Origin: Gracilinanus agilis
Lineage: Eukaryota
DNA: 64,000 bases
NCBI RefSeq assembly: GCF_016433145.1
Contig: NC_058130.1
Location: 729,318,586-729,382,585, forward strand
Direction of reading: 5' to 3'
Part shown: positions 38,133 through 50,277 of the stretch, piece after piece
Numbering within the stretch: position 1 is the first letter of the stretch
How the letters are laid out: the number at the start of each line of letters is the position of its first letter
Made by a program: the position numbers and the translations under genes
The notes under the pieces: generated by a model
Told to the model about the DNA's origin: nothing
What the model saw: only the letters and a program-made list of their open reading frames with translations
Databases searched by the model: none

Positions 38133-40169
38133 GTGAGTTATGGTCATGGGGCTCCTATCTGAGAAATAAGAAACAAGGAAAAGAAACTTTTGCTACTTCC
38201 AACCTTCTCCTTTCCATTTGCCACTCCTGCTGGCTTTGACAGCTCTGTTTGCCTGAGGCAATTATTTTGAAGTCTGTAAATGCTGTGTTACCTGAGGTGT
38301 TGAGACTTGAGTCTGTGACTATTGTGAGGCAGTTCATTTCAGGACCCTGCTGCTACAGAAACTGAACCTTCTCTTAGAGAAATTGGAAAGGACATGTAGA
38401 TACTTCACTTCATGAAGTTCCTGGAACCAGAGCAGAGTTGTAGCAGGGGAAAACGAAAAGGAATACTTTGGAGGACAGAGAAATTCTGATTTCTGGTTGT
38501 CTCTGTGTTCTTTTCTTAATATGCTTGTGGTGCAGAGGTCCAGCTGATTCTTTGTTAAAGTAACCAGGTCAGTTTGGGACTAGTCACCTTTAACATGACC
38601 CATTTCTGACAAGTCACAGAAATTTCAGGTAGTGTGAGGTTATACCCACTTAGCAGCTGCTAACATCATCCCAACTATCCTTTCCTACCCCCCATTTCCC
38701 CATCAAATCAGTAACTTAAAATAAAATGTAAAGTATGGCAGGAGGGCTAAGCCAAATCTTCTTTTCCTTTCACTCCAAGATTCCTATTTTTACTTTTTTC
38801 ATTTTAGGGAAATAAAAAATAGATTCATTACCAAAAAGACCCTTGCTAGCTTCCTTGAGTGAGATTTACCAGTGGTTAAAGATTTCTTGTTATGGCATGG
38901 TACATTAGCAAAAGCCCTAGAGTCTTTGTTCTTGAAGAGTGACCTTGAATTTTTCCCTCTGGGTCTTAGCTTTCTCATCTGTAAAAGATTAAGTGTCCAC
39001 TCACATTTTATGTGTTATGATTTTGTTCAGTTATATGTCAAAAGAGTTAAGTGGTCATAGTGGCAGAACAGTTATACCAGCATGGTGATGGTGGTAACAG
39101 ATGCTCAGGTCTGGACTCTGGTATTTGAACAGTAGTTTTCCTTGTTGTTGTTCTTCTCCTACAATACATATTTTGTCTCCCTTCTGTTCTGTTGACTTCT
39201 TATTTGCTGTGACCAATAGTAGTCCATGCTGTGACAAATTATGTTAGATCTTTACTTTTTAGAAGTCTCAAGGGTTTTAAGTTTTTGGAATCACCTTTAT
39301 AATTTTTTTAAGTTAACTACTTTAACTGCACTTCATGATAGCTTCCTTTATAATTTTGTGTATTTTATTTTATGCCTTTAAAAACATTATTCTGAGGATG
39401 CGCCAGACCAACTGCTGTAGTTGTAAAAGCACCTAGCACAATTCTGGCATGTAGTAGGTGTTATATAAATGTTAATAACAAGTATTCTTAGGTACATATA
39501 TTTACTTTTTAAAAATAGGTTTGTATCAACATCTTTTGTTTTTTTATAGTAACTATTTCCTACTGTATCCCCCCCCCTTATAACAGTGAATAAAAGAGGG
39601 AAAAAAATTCAGCAAAAACTAACCAACATATTGGAAAAATCTCACATTTTATACAGTTCCACAATTGTATTTCTCCACCTTCTCAAAGAAGCACTGGAAG
39701 ATCTTTCTCCTATTTCTCTTTTGTAATCATCATGATTTCAGGGCATTCCGTTTGTATTATTTTATTTTGTTTTCTTTCCATTTGCATTGCTGTGGTCATT
39801 ATTTTATTATTTTATTATTTTTATTATTTTCATGGTTTGGGGCATATTTTTCTCTTAAAATTTCTTTATTATTGTTTTCCCCTTCATATATGTGTTTATT
39901 TTTTAACTTTCCTCCATTTTCCTCTATTATTTTCTTTTTGAGTTGGAGATTTTCTGCTTTTATATTACTTTTGTTTTTATGAAGGCTGAATCCTCTCATA
40001 TCTCTTTCGGGTAAGAAAGGTACAGCCCGAACCTTTCCTTAACTTTCTTACTCACTTTATCAAAATGAGAACATTAATTTAAACATGTTCCCCAATGATA
40101 TATATTAATCAATCCCAGACTTCTTTCATGGAAAGAAAAGCATACTTACCATTTAAAATAAATGAACCA

Positions 40170-40375
40170 GGGTCAGCTGGGTAGCTCAGTGGATTGAGAG
40201 TTGGCCCTAGAGACGGGATGTCCTAGGTTCAAATCTGGCCTCAGACACTTCCCAGGTGTGTGACCCTGGGCAAGTCACTTGACCCCCATTGCCTACCCTT
40301 ACCACTCTTCCACCAAGGAGCCAATACATGGAAGTTAAGGGTTAAAATTTTTTTTAAAAAACAAAATAAAATAAA
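40170..40375 (+). mobile_element. SINE1_Mdo-type SINE
   Basis: Full length. 15-bp TSD AAAATAAATGAACCA. Confidence 0.9.
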
Positions 40376-41149
40376 TGAACCATATTAATTTTATTAACAA
40401 ATGCTGAACTGATTTAAAATAATCCAGAACCTGGTAACAAATAATTTTTCAGTTGCTGGTAGGCAGATGAAATTTATAAGTAAAAAGACCTCCATCAGAA
40501 TGACTTCCTGGAGTCTCTTCAAGGGGCCCACTTTAACTCCATTTGTGATCATATTGACTATTTCTAGTTTCCTAGCTTTTTATTTTCAGTTTCATTACTT
40601 CACTTTTTATTTACTCTTTCTAGTTTTAGGAACCTGTTGTTGAGGGTAATTGCATATTCATCCTTTCTTCTTGCCTTGTGGATTTTCAAGGATTGCTGAC
40701 CTTTTGCCTTGACTTAAAGGGTCTCTAGATTTTAGATAACTTTTTAATACACACTTCCATTTACTACCCATTTTATCTATTCTGTTCCTTGTCACTAAAG
40801 CCTTAAGTTTTATTGCTTACTCTTGTCTTGGGTTTTTGTCTCTTATGTACCACTATATGTCATTAGAGGTATTCTTCCTTCAGGATTTCAAAGGTATTCT
40901 TTTTTCTTTTTTTAACCTTTACCCTTATCTTAGAATCAAATAAATTACAGGGGTGGTATTTTAGTTTTATGGTCTTTATATTCATTGTATATGTTCCAAG
41001 TAACCTTCTGTCTGTGATTGTATCATATCCCAAACTCCTTCCCTTCAGGATCAGCAAGTACAACATAGAAAGAGTAGATATAGGGAAGAACAGTTGTTTA
41101 TAGGAGATGATATCCAAGGAGAGCCAAAAATGATCCTTATGGCTTCATA

Positions 41150-41690
41150 TTCCTAAATACAAAATGTGCAATGTATGGCTAACAGGAAGCTAGAGTTCCC
41201 AAAAAGAGAATTTTGACTTTATATGAATTACTGAAAGTTGGTAGAGTGGGAGTCATGACTGGAGGATGGCTTTGGAGGGATATTTATAGGGAAAAAAGAA
41301 GAGATTAAAAAGGGAAGTAGCATTATATATCAAGTTATACTCATGAGGTAACTTAAGAACCTGATTAGAGAAACAGGAACATTTGGGTAAGGATCAGCTG
41401 AGGAAAAACAGAAAGATATGTGGGATACAGTATGGACCACATGTACAGAAGAAAGCAGTAGAGAAGTTAGATGAGGCAGAATTTGGACAATGGGTTAAAA
41501 AGAAGTAAAATAAGGCTTAATATGAGGAAAAACTTCCTAACTATGAGAGCTATCCAAGGCAGAATGAGCTGCCTGGGGTCTGGAGTAGTAGATTACCTCT
41601 TAAGGGAACTCTTCAGGAAAAGTCTGGGTGTTCAAGTGTTAGATAGGATGTTCAGGTAAGTTGGACTGGATGACCTATAAAGTTAGTTCC
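41150..41690 (+). mobile_element. CR1/L3 fragments (endonuclease-region piece next to a 3' end piece)
   Basis: gagtcatgactggaggatggct...gtagcattatatatcaag...atttgggtaaggatc, then aggcttaatatgaggaaaaacttcctaac. Confidence 0.6.
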
Positions 41691-42194
41691 TCTGTACTTT
41701 ACCCTGGTCAGACCATAGATGGACTATTGTATTCACTTTGGAGCACCACATTTAGACACTCATTAACCCATGCCAACCTTTTCTCTGGCCTAGACAAATA
41801 GAATAGTATAAAAGCCTTCTTGGACTGGATTGGGAAGATGAGAAAAATGAGAATGACAGTAACATATTAACAAAACACGGCTGTAGCAAGTTTAAAATAA
41901 TCAAAAATTCCCCATGAAAAAGAAAATTTCTTATTGTCCTTTAAGTTTGCATTATTTAGCCTATCCATAGTCTTCTCTGGTCATGTCAAGCTCTAGAATC
42001 ACTACAAATAAATTTAACTTTTACTTCCTATGATAGCCCTTTCCTATTTCCTCTAGTTGTTAGTATTGCCTTTCTCCTCCCCTCTTCCCAGTTACTTTGT
42101 ATATTTTCTATATGTATATGTATTTATTCTGTTTGCTTATTGGTAACAATGTCTTCCAAATAGGGTGTAAGTACCTTTTTGAATGCCAAGAATT

Positions 42195-42368
42195 TGAGGC
42201 AGCAGAGTGGGTAGAGTGTCTGAAGTTAAGAGGATGTAGATTCAAATATGACCTCAGACACTTCCTAGCCAAAAGATCCTAGACAAGTCATTTAACTCCA
42301 ATTTCCTAGCCCTTTCTCTGCTGTCTTGGAGTTGTTACTAAGACAGAAAGCAAAGGTTTAAAAAAAGA
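42195..42368 (+). mobile_element. SINE
   Basis: SINE core with TSD GAATGCCAAGAAT. Confidence 0.8.
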
Positions 42369-43105
42369 ATGCCAAGAATCCTGATTAGGAACACATTTAG
42401 ACTCGATACAGGAATAAAATTGGTAATAATGAGAGCTCTCCAGAAGTAGAAATTGCACTAATAGGTATTGAAGTTTCTTCTTTCTGGTTACTTTAATGGT
42501 ATACAATAAAGGGGATCATTGGACTACAGTTTAATGTTCCCTTCTTCTGCCTAAAGGTGATAGAACACACATTTGGCACAGAGACATAATAATGTGATGA
42601 GGGAATTTAACTCCTTGCATATCTGCCAGAAGAGTAGCTGAAAAGTGTATGACTGGCTTTAATGGTAATTTCATTCTTCTAAATCTGGAGCAAGTAGGAA
42701 TGAGAAATAGGTTTGCCCTAATCCTGATAAATAGGCTTTAATGAATTGATAAAGTTTAGGCCATGTCACTCCTGTGTAGAAGAAACTTTAGTGTGCTCTT
42801 TTTCTTCCAAGATAAAATACAAACTTTTGTTTGGCCATAAGCCCTTCACAGTCTGGCTCCAACATGTCTTTCCAAATCGATTTCACTCTTTCTTACTTTG
42901 CTTCTAGCCAAATTACTATTCCATACACACACCCTCCATTTTCTTTCTCCATTCTTTTATGCAAACTGCCTTCATACCTTGAATTCATTCCCTCTTCCTT
43001 GTAGAAACCCTGGTTCCTCCCTTCAAGATTCAGTTTAATTTCTACTTCCTATGAGAACCTTTCCTGTTTCTCTACTTGTTAATATTGTCTTTCCCCTAGT
43101 TATTT

Positions 43106-43114
43106 TGCGCGCGC

Positions 43115-43156
<42 letters not shown>
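43106..43156. repeat. (GC)5(GT)20 compound microsatellite
   Basis: Uninterrupted purine-pyrimidine alternation of 51 bp. Confidence 0.97.
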
Positions 43157-43158
<2 letters not shown>

Positions 43159-45446
43159 ATATTCAGTTTTCTTATTGGTTAACAATGTTTCTTCCAAATA
43201 GCATGTGAGCTCATTGAGGGCAAGTTTTTTCTTTGTATTCCTTATACCTTGCACATAGACTAAATAAATAAAATGCTCATTGGATTGGATTAGCAAACTA
43301 TATATTTTGCCATTCAGATTTTTTTTAAAATGTAATCTCCCCAATAATGTTTTCTTTACCAGTGAATTAAAGAACTGGAAAAGAACTTTATAAATCATCT
43401 AGTCCATTTCAAACTAGCCTATTTTAAATAGATCCTAACTGATGAAAATTTATATCTAAATAAAATATCTCCAGAGAAAGATTTTCCACAGCCTCTTTGG
43501 TAACCTATTCCAATATTCAACAACTCTTCTAGCCAAGAAATTCTTCCTCTCTATAATCTAAATCCTTCATAAAGCTGTTTAGACATATTTTTTCTTATTC
43601 TGTTCTGGGTGGCTATGGAGAGCGTTTTGTGTTGGCACTGTCCTTTATAGGATTTGTTCAAATTGACCCCTCAGCTTATTCAAGTTAAATGATACCTGTT
43701 CCTTCCACTTATCCTCAAGTGTTCTTTATTACCTTTTGGTAGCTTCTCTGGGTTTTTCTCTAAATTCTGTTCAGTGCCAAGGCTGCAAACAAAACTGGCA
43801 GCATCACTACCACCTTGTTGTGTGACCTTTGGCAAGATGCTTCACTGCTTAGTGCCTCAGTTTCTTCAGTTGGAAATGGAGCTGATAACTCTAAATTGAA
43901 AGTAATAAAAAGAGGTAGATGAGTTTGTTAAGAATCAGAAGATCTGAGTCCAACTCTGACTCTGCTATTTATTCCCCATATGACCTTTTCAGTTACCTAA
44001 ACTCTTTGGGCTTCCATTTTACAAAATGGAGGTGCTCCACGTAGGTGATAGCCAAGGACTTTTTCATTTCTAAATCTATGATTCTATCTTGCCTGTTTCC
44101 TAGAGTTGTTGGGAGGATTAAATGCGATAACTTGTGTGAAAAATGCTTTTTGTAAGTTAACAAGTGATATATAAACCGAAGATCAAAAGAAATAATGTGC
44201 ATGAAAGTGCTTTAAGAAATATGAAGGAACAGATCTTGCATGAACTAAAATGTTGGATTAGGAAGGAAATTTAGTCTGATATCCTCATTTTACAGAGGAG
44301 GAAGCTGAGGGGGCTCAGAGGAGGGCAGGGACTTGCTCATGGTCATGTTAGTGGCAGAACCAGCCTAGAACTTATTCCTGGTGCCTCTTCCATGGCTCTT
44401 TGTCTCTAAGTGCACTGTTATCTAAGATTGCCACTGTCATTGATATTATTGAGATACTGAACTAAACTAAAAGACAGTAAGAGGTTGAATGCTGCAAATA
44501 TGTAGTAATCTTTTAAGAAACTGTGCTTCTAGATCTGTAAACTGGCTAAATTACATTACAGTTTCTTCTGGTTCATTGAAAATATTTGTTTAACAAAATT
44601 TTTGTTAAAGCCCAGGTGGTAACTTGCTTATTTCAATCAGGATGATACAGTTAAATTCTAGGACAACAAAAAATGTATATAGTTTTCAGAAGATCATTAT
44701 CTTATTTGTTTGTTTTTTAACTTTTTTATTCTGAAGTTAAATACCAAAAAAGATAAGTTTCCAAATATTTCCATATAGCAGAATGCACAAAGAAGATTCT
44801 CTCTGCCAGCTGTGAATCTCCATTTCATACTGTTTGCCATTTTTTTTTGTTTGTTTTTTTATTAAATTTTTTCAATCAGTAAAACTGCCTCACCACAATC
44901 CTGTCTCCCCTAGATGAGAAAGAAAAATGCCAAAATTCCTGTTACAAACGTTTTTACTCAAGCAAAACAAATGTCCTCATTGGCCACCCCCTCCAAAAAA
45001 AGGGCACATTATGTATTCTGAATCTTTTACCTCTTTCAGTAGGTAACGTTTCATTAAGTCCTATGTAATCATGGTTGGTTGTTATAATAATCAGTTCCTA
45101 AGTCTTTCAGAGTTGTTTGTCTTTACAATATTGTCATCACTGTGTAAATTGTTCTCCTGGTCCTATTTTCACTTCACTGCATCAGTTCATACAGGTCTCT
45201 CCATGTTTTTCTGACATCTTCTTCTTCATCATTTCTTATAGCATAATAGTATTCCAGCACATTTATATTTTGTTTAGCCATTCCCCAGTTGATGGGTACT
45301 CCCTCTGATTCCTATTCTTTACTATCTCAAAAAGATCTATCAATATTTTTATACATTCTTAGTAGTAACTAATTTTGCTTAGTACTAATCCTCCCACAAT
45401 CTACCCTCCCTCTAAATCCTCCTTCTCCCTTCTCTCCTTTTCCTCT

Positions 45447-45864
45447 TGTTTAACTGCTGAGGAAAATTTGTTTCTGTATCTGACTCGGGGTGGGGGTGGG
45501 GGGAGGAGAGGGTTCAGCTTGTACAAAAATCAGACCAACGAGATGATCCATAAAGTGAGGCTTTTATTCAATGTCAAAGAATTGTAATTTGGACAACTTT
45601 TCATGCAGGGATGCCTGGGGATGGAAGGGGAAAAAGGGATTCTTATAGGTCATAGTCAGGGGAAACATCAGGAGGACTCATAGTCTGGATACACAGAACA
45701 GTCAAATTGCAGGAGGGGAATGTTGCAGAAATGTTCTAGTGATTTTCTTTGTCTGGGAACATGGGTGGTTAGAAATTGCTGAGGTATATGGAAGTCTTCT
45801 TGGGGGCAGTGAAAAACTGCTGGTCAGAAGAGAGTAGGGGCCCAGAGATTCCCCAGGGCTAACA
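45447..45864 (-). mobile_element. Solo LTR-like element within old L1 sequence
   Basis: TG...CA termini. CTTTTATT and CTTATA antisense signals. Confidence 0.55.
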
Positions 45865-46092
45865 GCGTGTTTTTATCTCCTTTGATCATTTCAGTTAAGA
45901 ATAAAGTTAAAGTGTCAGATTCCCCTCATTTTCCATTCTTCTTTTAAGATCATAGAGATATAACAGAACCACTCCAAACACTTTGCCTTAGACTCCCTTT
46001 ATAACCTCTGATAATGATAGATTCTGAGAAGACATATATATCAGCTCTGTATATTAGAATGTAAACTATTTATTTTGTTTAAAAGGCACTTT

Positions 46093-46297
46093 GGGGGGGC
46101 AGCTGAGTAGCTCAGTGGATTGAGAGCCAGGCCTAGAAATGGGAAGTCCTAGGTTCAAATGTGGCCAAAGACATTTCCTAGCTATGTGACCCTGGGCAAG
46201 TCACTTAATCCCCATTGCTTAGTCCTTACTGTTCTTCTGCCTTAGAACCAATACACAGTGTTGATTCCAAGATGGAAAATTAGGGTTTAAAAAAAAA
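46093..46297 (+). mobile_element. SINE1_Mdo-type SINE
   Basis: Full length. TSD AAAAGGCACTTT. Confidence 0.9.
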
Positions 46298-46299
46298 GG

Positions 46300-46640
46300 C
46301 ACTTTTGATTATTTGTTCATGTTTACTTTTGTGTTTCTCTTGACTCCTATGTTTGCATTTCAAAGTTTATATGCAGCCCTAGTCTTTTCACCAGGAATGT
46401 TTGGAAGGCTTTGATTTCATTAAAGATAAGTTTTGCTGGGTAAGTTATTCTTGGCTATAAGCCTATAATAGCCTTTGTCTTCTAAAATATCATATTTTGG
46501 ATTCTCCACCCCTTTATGGTAGTGACTTCTAAATCATGTGTGATCCTGACTGTGACTCAGTACTTGAATTCTTTCTTACTGACATTAGTATTTTTTTTCT
46601 TTGACCTGAAAGCTCTGGATTTCAGCAGTAATGTTCCTGA
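46300..46640 (-). mobile_element. L1 ORF1-region fragment (related fragment about 50450-51140)
   Basis: tgtgatcctgactgtgactcagtacttgaattctttct resembles reverse marsupial L1 ORF1. Confidence 0.6.
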
Positions 46641-46851
46641 GAGTTTCAGTTGGTGGTATGAATGTATAAATAGAGAGGAAATGGGGGAGGTAGAGCCTGA
46701 GTTTAAGAAAAGCAGGAAAAAAGCTAATAATATGTACATATGCATAGTAGTATATGTCTATATGTGTATAGCTTACTACATATAAATATACTGTATATAC
46801 ATTTATGCATGTGTGTATACATGTGTATGTAATTTGTGTATATATATATAT

Positions 46852-47760
46852 TGTAAGGGGGGAAAAAGGATTTTTTTTTGTTTGTTTTGTTTTTTAAACC
46901 CTTGTACTTTGGTGTATTGTCTCATAGGTGGAAGATTGGTAAGGGTGGGCAATGGGGGTCAAGTGACTTGCCCAGGGTCACACAGCTGGGAAGTGGCTGA
47001 GGCCGGATTTGAACCCAGGACCTCCTGTCTCTAGGCCTGACTCTTACTCCACTGAGCTACCCAGCTGCCCCCAGAAAAAAGGATTTTATGGGTTCAGTAT
47101 ATTAAAAGATGGTCGCCAGAAGACTGAACTATTATCAATCCTCAATTAAGAATAATCTCAAGTCAAAATTGACTTTTATTTACAATTAAGAAGAGAGAGA
47201 GGAAATAAGGAAATAAGAATCTAACCCAGTAGGTAATTTACTATGATCCTCTAATTAATCCAAGTAGATCTAATTAACCCTCAGGCGAGAGTTAGAGGGC
47301 CAGAGGCTAGGAGGTGAATGGAACAAACTTCATTCACAGAGTCTACTAAAAGAAATTTCTTAAGAGAAGTTCAGGAAGATTCAGTCAGTCTTTTAAACTC
47401 ACCATGTGGAATTCAAAGAAATTTAAAGCAGTCTCACCAGGGTCTCAGCGTTCCAACACTACTCCATGAACCAGAAGAAGCTCCTTCATTAGCAGTGCTC
47501 TTCACCAAAAACCTCTCACTCATTCAACTCCCTCTTTTTAAAGGGGTCACTTATGTGTCACTTCCTGTACCTCCCTCCTAATTTGCATGTCCAATCACAA
47601 TAGACAATTCTCATAGTACTGCCTAGGGGGCAGTCAGTTGATTCTGATTTGTCACCCACTCTAGCACATGTGGGTTACGGACTTCCCAGAATTAGAGGTG
47701 TTCTTACCTTTGGTGATTAAATCTAAAGATGGGCAGTGTAGACTTAATCTAATTATCACA
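46852..47760 (-). mobile_element. Solo LTR with a nested SINE
   Basis: TGTAAG...ATCACA termini and 6-bp TSD ATATAT (46846-46851, 47761-47766). TTTTATT and CTTTTTAAA antisense signals. Confidence 0.8.
46875..47075 (-). mobile_element. Young SINE1_Mdo-type SINE inserted in the LTR
   Basis: TSD AAAAAGGATTTT at 46863-46874 and 47076-47087. Confidence 0.9.
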
Positions 47761-48595
47761 ATATATAAAATTCTGCATATTACTATTTTTTTAAACCTTT
47801 ATCAATCTTAGAATCAATACTGCATATTGGTTGAAGGATTGTAAGGGCTGCAGGCAATGGGGGTTGAGGGGCAAGAACGCCCATTTCAATTCACTGAGCC
47901 ACCCTACACATTACTTTCAAGATTGTCATTTCTATATGTTTCCTTCTAAAGTCTGGATCCTGTTTTTCTCTGTTCACTTGAAAAAAAAAGTTTCAATATC
48001 CCTCTCTTTTCTTTTTGATAACACTATTGCTAACTCCTTTCCCCCCAATTTAAAAAACAAGAAAAAGTAGAAGAAAAACCCTTTTAACAAATAAGCAGAG
48101 TCAAGGAGAATTAATCCACACAATGGCCACATCTACCCATTATCTCTCTGGAGGTGATTAAAATAGATCATTATGGATCCTTTGGAGACATAGTTGGTCA
48201 TTGTACTGATCAGAGGTTTTACTTTCAAAGTTGTTTTTCTTCACATTGTTGCTCTCTTTATGTGAATTATTCTCCAGGTTCTCACTTTACTCTGCCTCAG
48301 TTTATACTGACAGTATTTCTTACAGCACAACAATATTTGATTAGATTCATAGACTGCAACTTGTTCAACCATCCCCAGTTAGAAAAGGCCAATCTAAAGC
48401 ACCACATTAGATTCTAGGGCTTTGCTTTTCCCCTCCTTTTTCAAATTCCCTTCAGTCTAGAAGTTTGTTTCACTTTCAACTATTTCCTTCCTGGTATTAT
48501 TCTTTTTCTTAAGCCTCCCTCAATATTCCTTTATTCTCTCTTATATAGTCAATTCTCGTCATTCACAGTAGTTATGTTCCATAAAGTCATGGTAT

Positions 48596-49270
48596 TGTGG
48601 GGAGCTTGAGGTGAACCCCTGGGGTTCAGGAAGGGTACCTTTTGCAAGGATGCGAGACTCTGAAACTTAGCTTAAAAATAAAAAGAGAAATGTATTCATT
48701 TAGAAGGTAATGTTGAATTTGGCCAGGAGGACAGCATAGGTGGAAGACTGCCTCCTAGGTGGAATAGCATGGATGGAAAACTGTTCCCAAGGTAACATGA
48801 TTTCTGGGGTCTTTATACTCTTTACAACAGTGAAAACGACGGGACTTTAGAGTAGTATGCAATGAGGCATGGTGGGGGGTTGGTCATCTGACCAGGGTCT
48901 GCCTGAAGACATAGGGGGTACCCTCATAGTTTAGGGGACATGACAGGTAGATATTTTAGATACAACCTGATGGTATCAANNNNNNNNNNNNNNNNNNNNN
49001 NNNNNNNNNNNNNNNNNNNNNNNNNNNNNNNNNNNNNNNNNNNNNNNNNNNNNNNNNNNNNNNNNNNNNNNNNNNNNNNNNNNNNNNNNNNNNNNNNNNN
49101 NNNNNNNNNNNNNNNNNNNNATCCAAGGAGGATAATCCTCTCAGGATCTTATCTGAGTTATCCGATGTTTTAGGTTAGGTGGCACAAAAATGTAAGGGAG
49201 CAAAGGAATTTCCCTGCTTTTAGTTTGCCTGAAACACTTCTATGGTTTTGGGGGTACAATGCCCATGCCA
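48596..49270 (-). mobile_element. Solo LTR spanning the assembly gap
   Basis: TGTGG...GCCA termini. Paralogous to 9110-9683 on both sides of the gap. Confidence 0.75.
48980..49120. other. Assembly gap (141 N)
   Basis: Run of N. Confidence 1.
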
Positions 49271-50047
49271 ATGGCAAGCACTGAATTAGCAAATACTGAA
49301 CCAATACTGCTAGGGGAAATACAGGATTAAGTCCCTAGTCAAACATTTATTTTAGCACTTTCTGGAGTAGCATCATACAGACTGGCAAATTGTCTCTTCC
49401 CTTTTCTGGATGTACCATATTTTTGATTCATTAACATTGCACTCATGGCCAACAACACTGTTAACTCATGATTGAACAAAGCTTATCTAACATGTATTTT
49501 CTCTGTGACACATCATAGCCTTTCACTTAGGAGCACCCAACAGCACTTCAGCACTATACTTGAGGGCCATTTAAAAAGCGAAATTACCAACAAAAAAACT
49601 AAAAGATGTGAAAATCAGAGCACTAGCCCTTGAAAAGGATTGTTATCAGTATGAGCACTGAAACAAGAAGGCAGAGAACATTGGGGAAAAGTACCCATGT
49701 CTGCACATGTGAAAGTGCAGTGAGTACTGATCTGGAGGGTTACAAATATATTTTATCAGGTTGACAAGTTCACAAATAAGGAATCTGAAAAATTAAGCAT
49801 CAACTATATTTCTGCACCAAATTCCTTGTATAAGCATGTATATGTGTGTCTTCTGCAGCTTAGCATTACAGTGGGTCAACCACTGGGTCTGGCAGATAGC
49901 AGACACTTAATAAGTACATATTCTTTTCCTCCTTTATCTGTTTCAGATAAAGTTCAGCTGATCCCCACCATGGTTTTTTATAATCTCACACACCTTAAAA
50001 TAAGCAAGTTCCACCCCTTCTTCTTCCTTCCTACACTAATATAGTCT

Positions 50048-50049
<2 letters not shown>

Positions 50050-50082
<33 letters not shown>

Positions 50083-50277
50083 ACATACCTTCCATCTTGG
50101 AATCAACACTGTGTATTGGTTCCAAGGCAGAAGAGTGGTAAGAGCTAGGCAATGGGGGTCAAGTGACTTGCCCAGGGTCACACAGCTGGGAAATGTCTGA
50201 GGTCAGATTTGACTCCAGGACCTCCTATCTCTAGGCCTAGCTCTCAATCCACTGAGCTACCCAGCCCCCCCCCCCCC
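50050..50277 (-). mobile_element. Young SINE1_Mdo-type SINE with a 30-nt homopolymer tail
   Basis: T30 at 50050-50079. Perfect TSD AATATAGTCTTC at 50038-50049 and 50278-50289. Confidence 0.92.

Larger units (their letters stand above)
48546..49806. mobile_element. Tc1/mariner Tigger-type MITE (MER82-like), split by an LTR
   Basis: TA at both ends with degenerate TIRs. Internal blocks ctgaattagcaaatactgaacca and ttgattcattaacattg...cagcacttcagcact...gaaacaagaaggcagag resemble the recalled MER82 consensus. Confidence 0.65.

Noticed and set aside
38133-38239. Extension of the 175-aa ORF ([13 protein letters not shown]...)
   Set aside because: Read-through past a consensus GTGAGT donor. Homology stops at G141 and resumes at 52040.
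39665-39999. Hydrophobic F/L/I-rich ORFs resembling membrane proteins
   Set aside because: Translation of a T-rich antisense L1 remnant.
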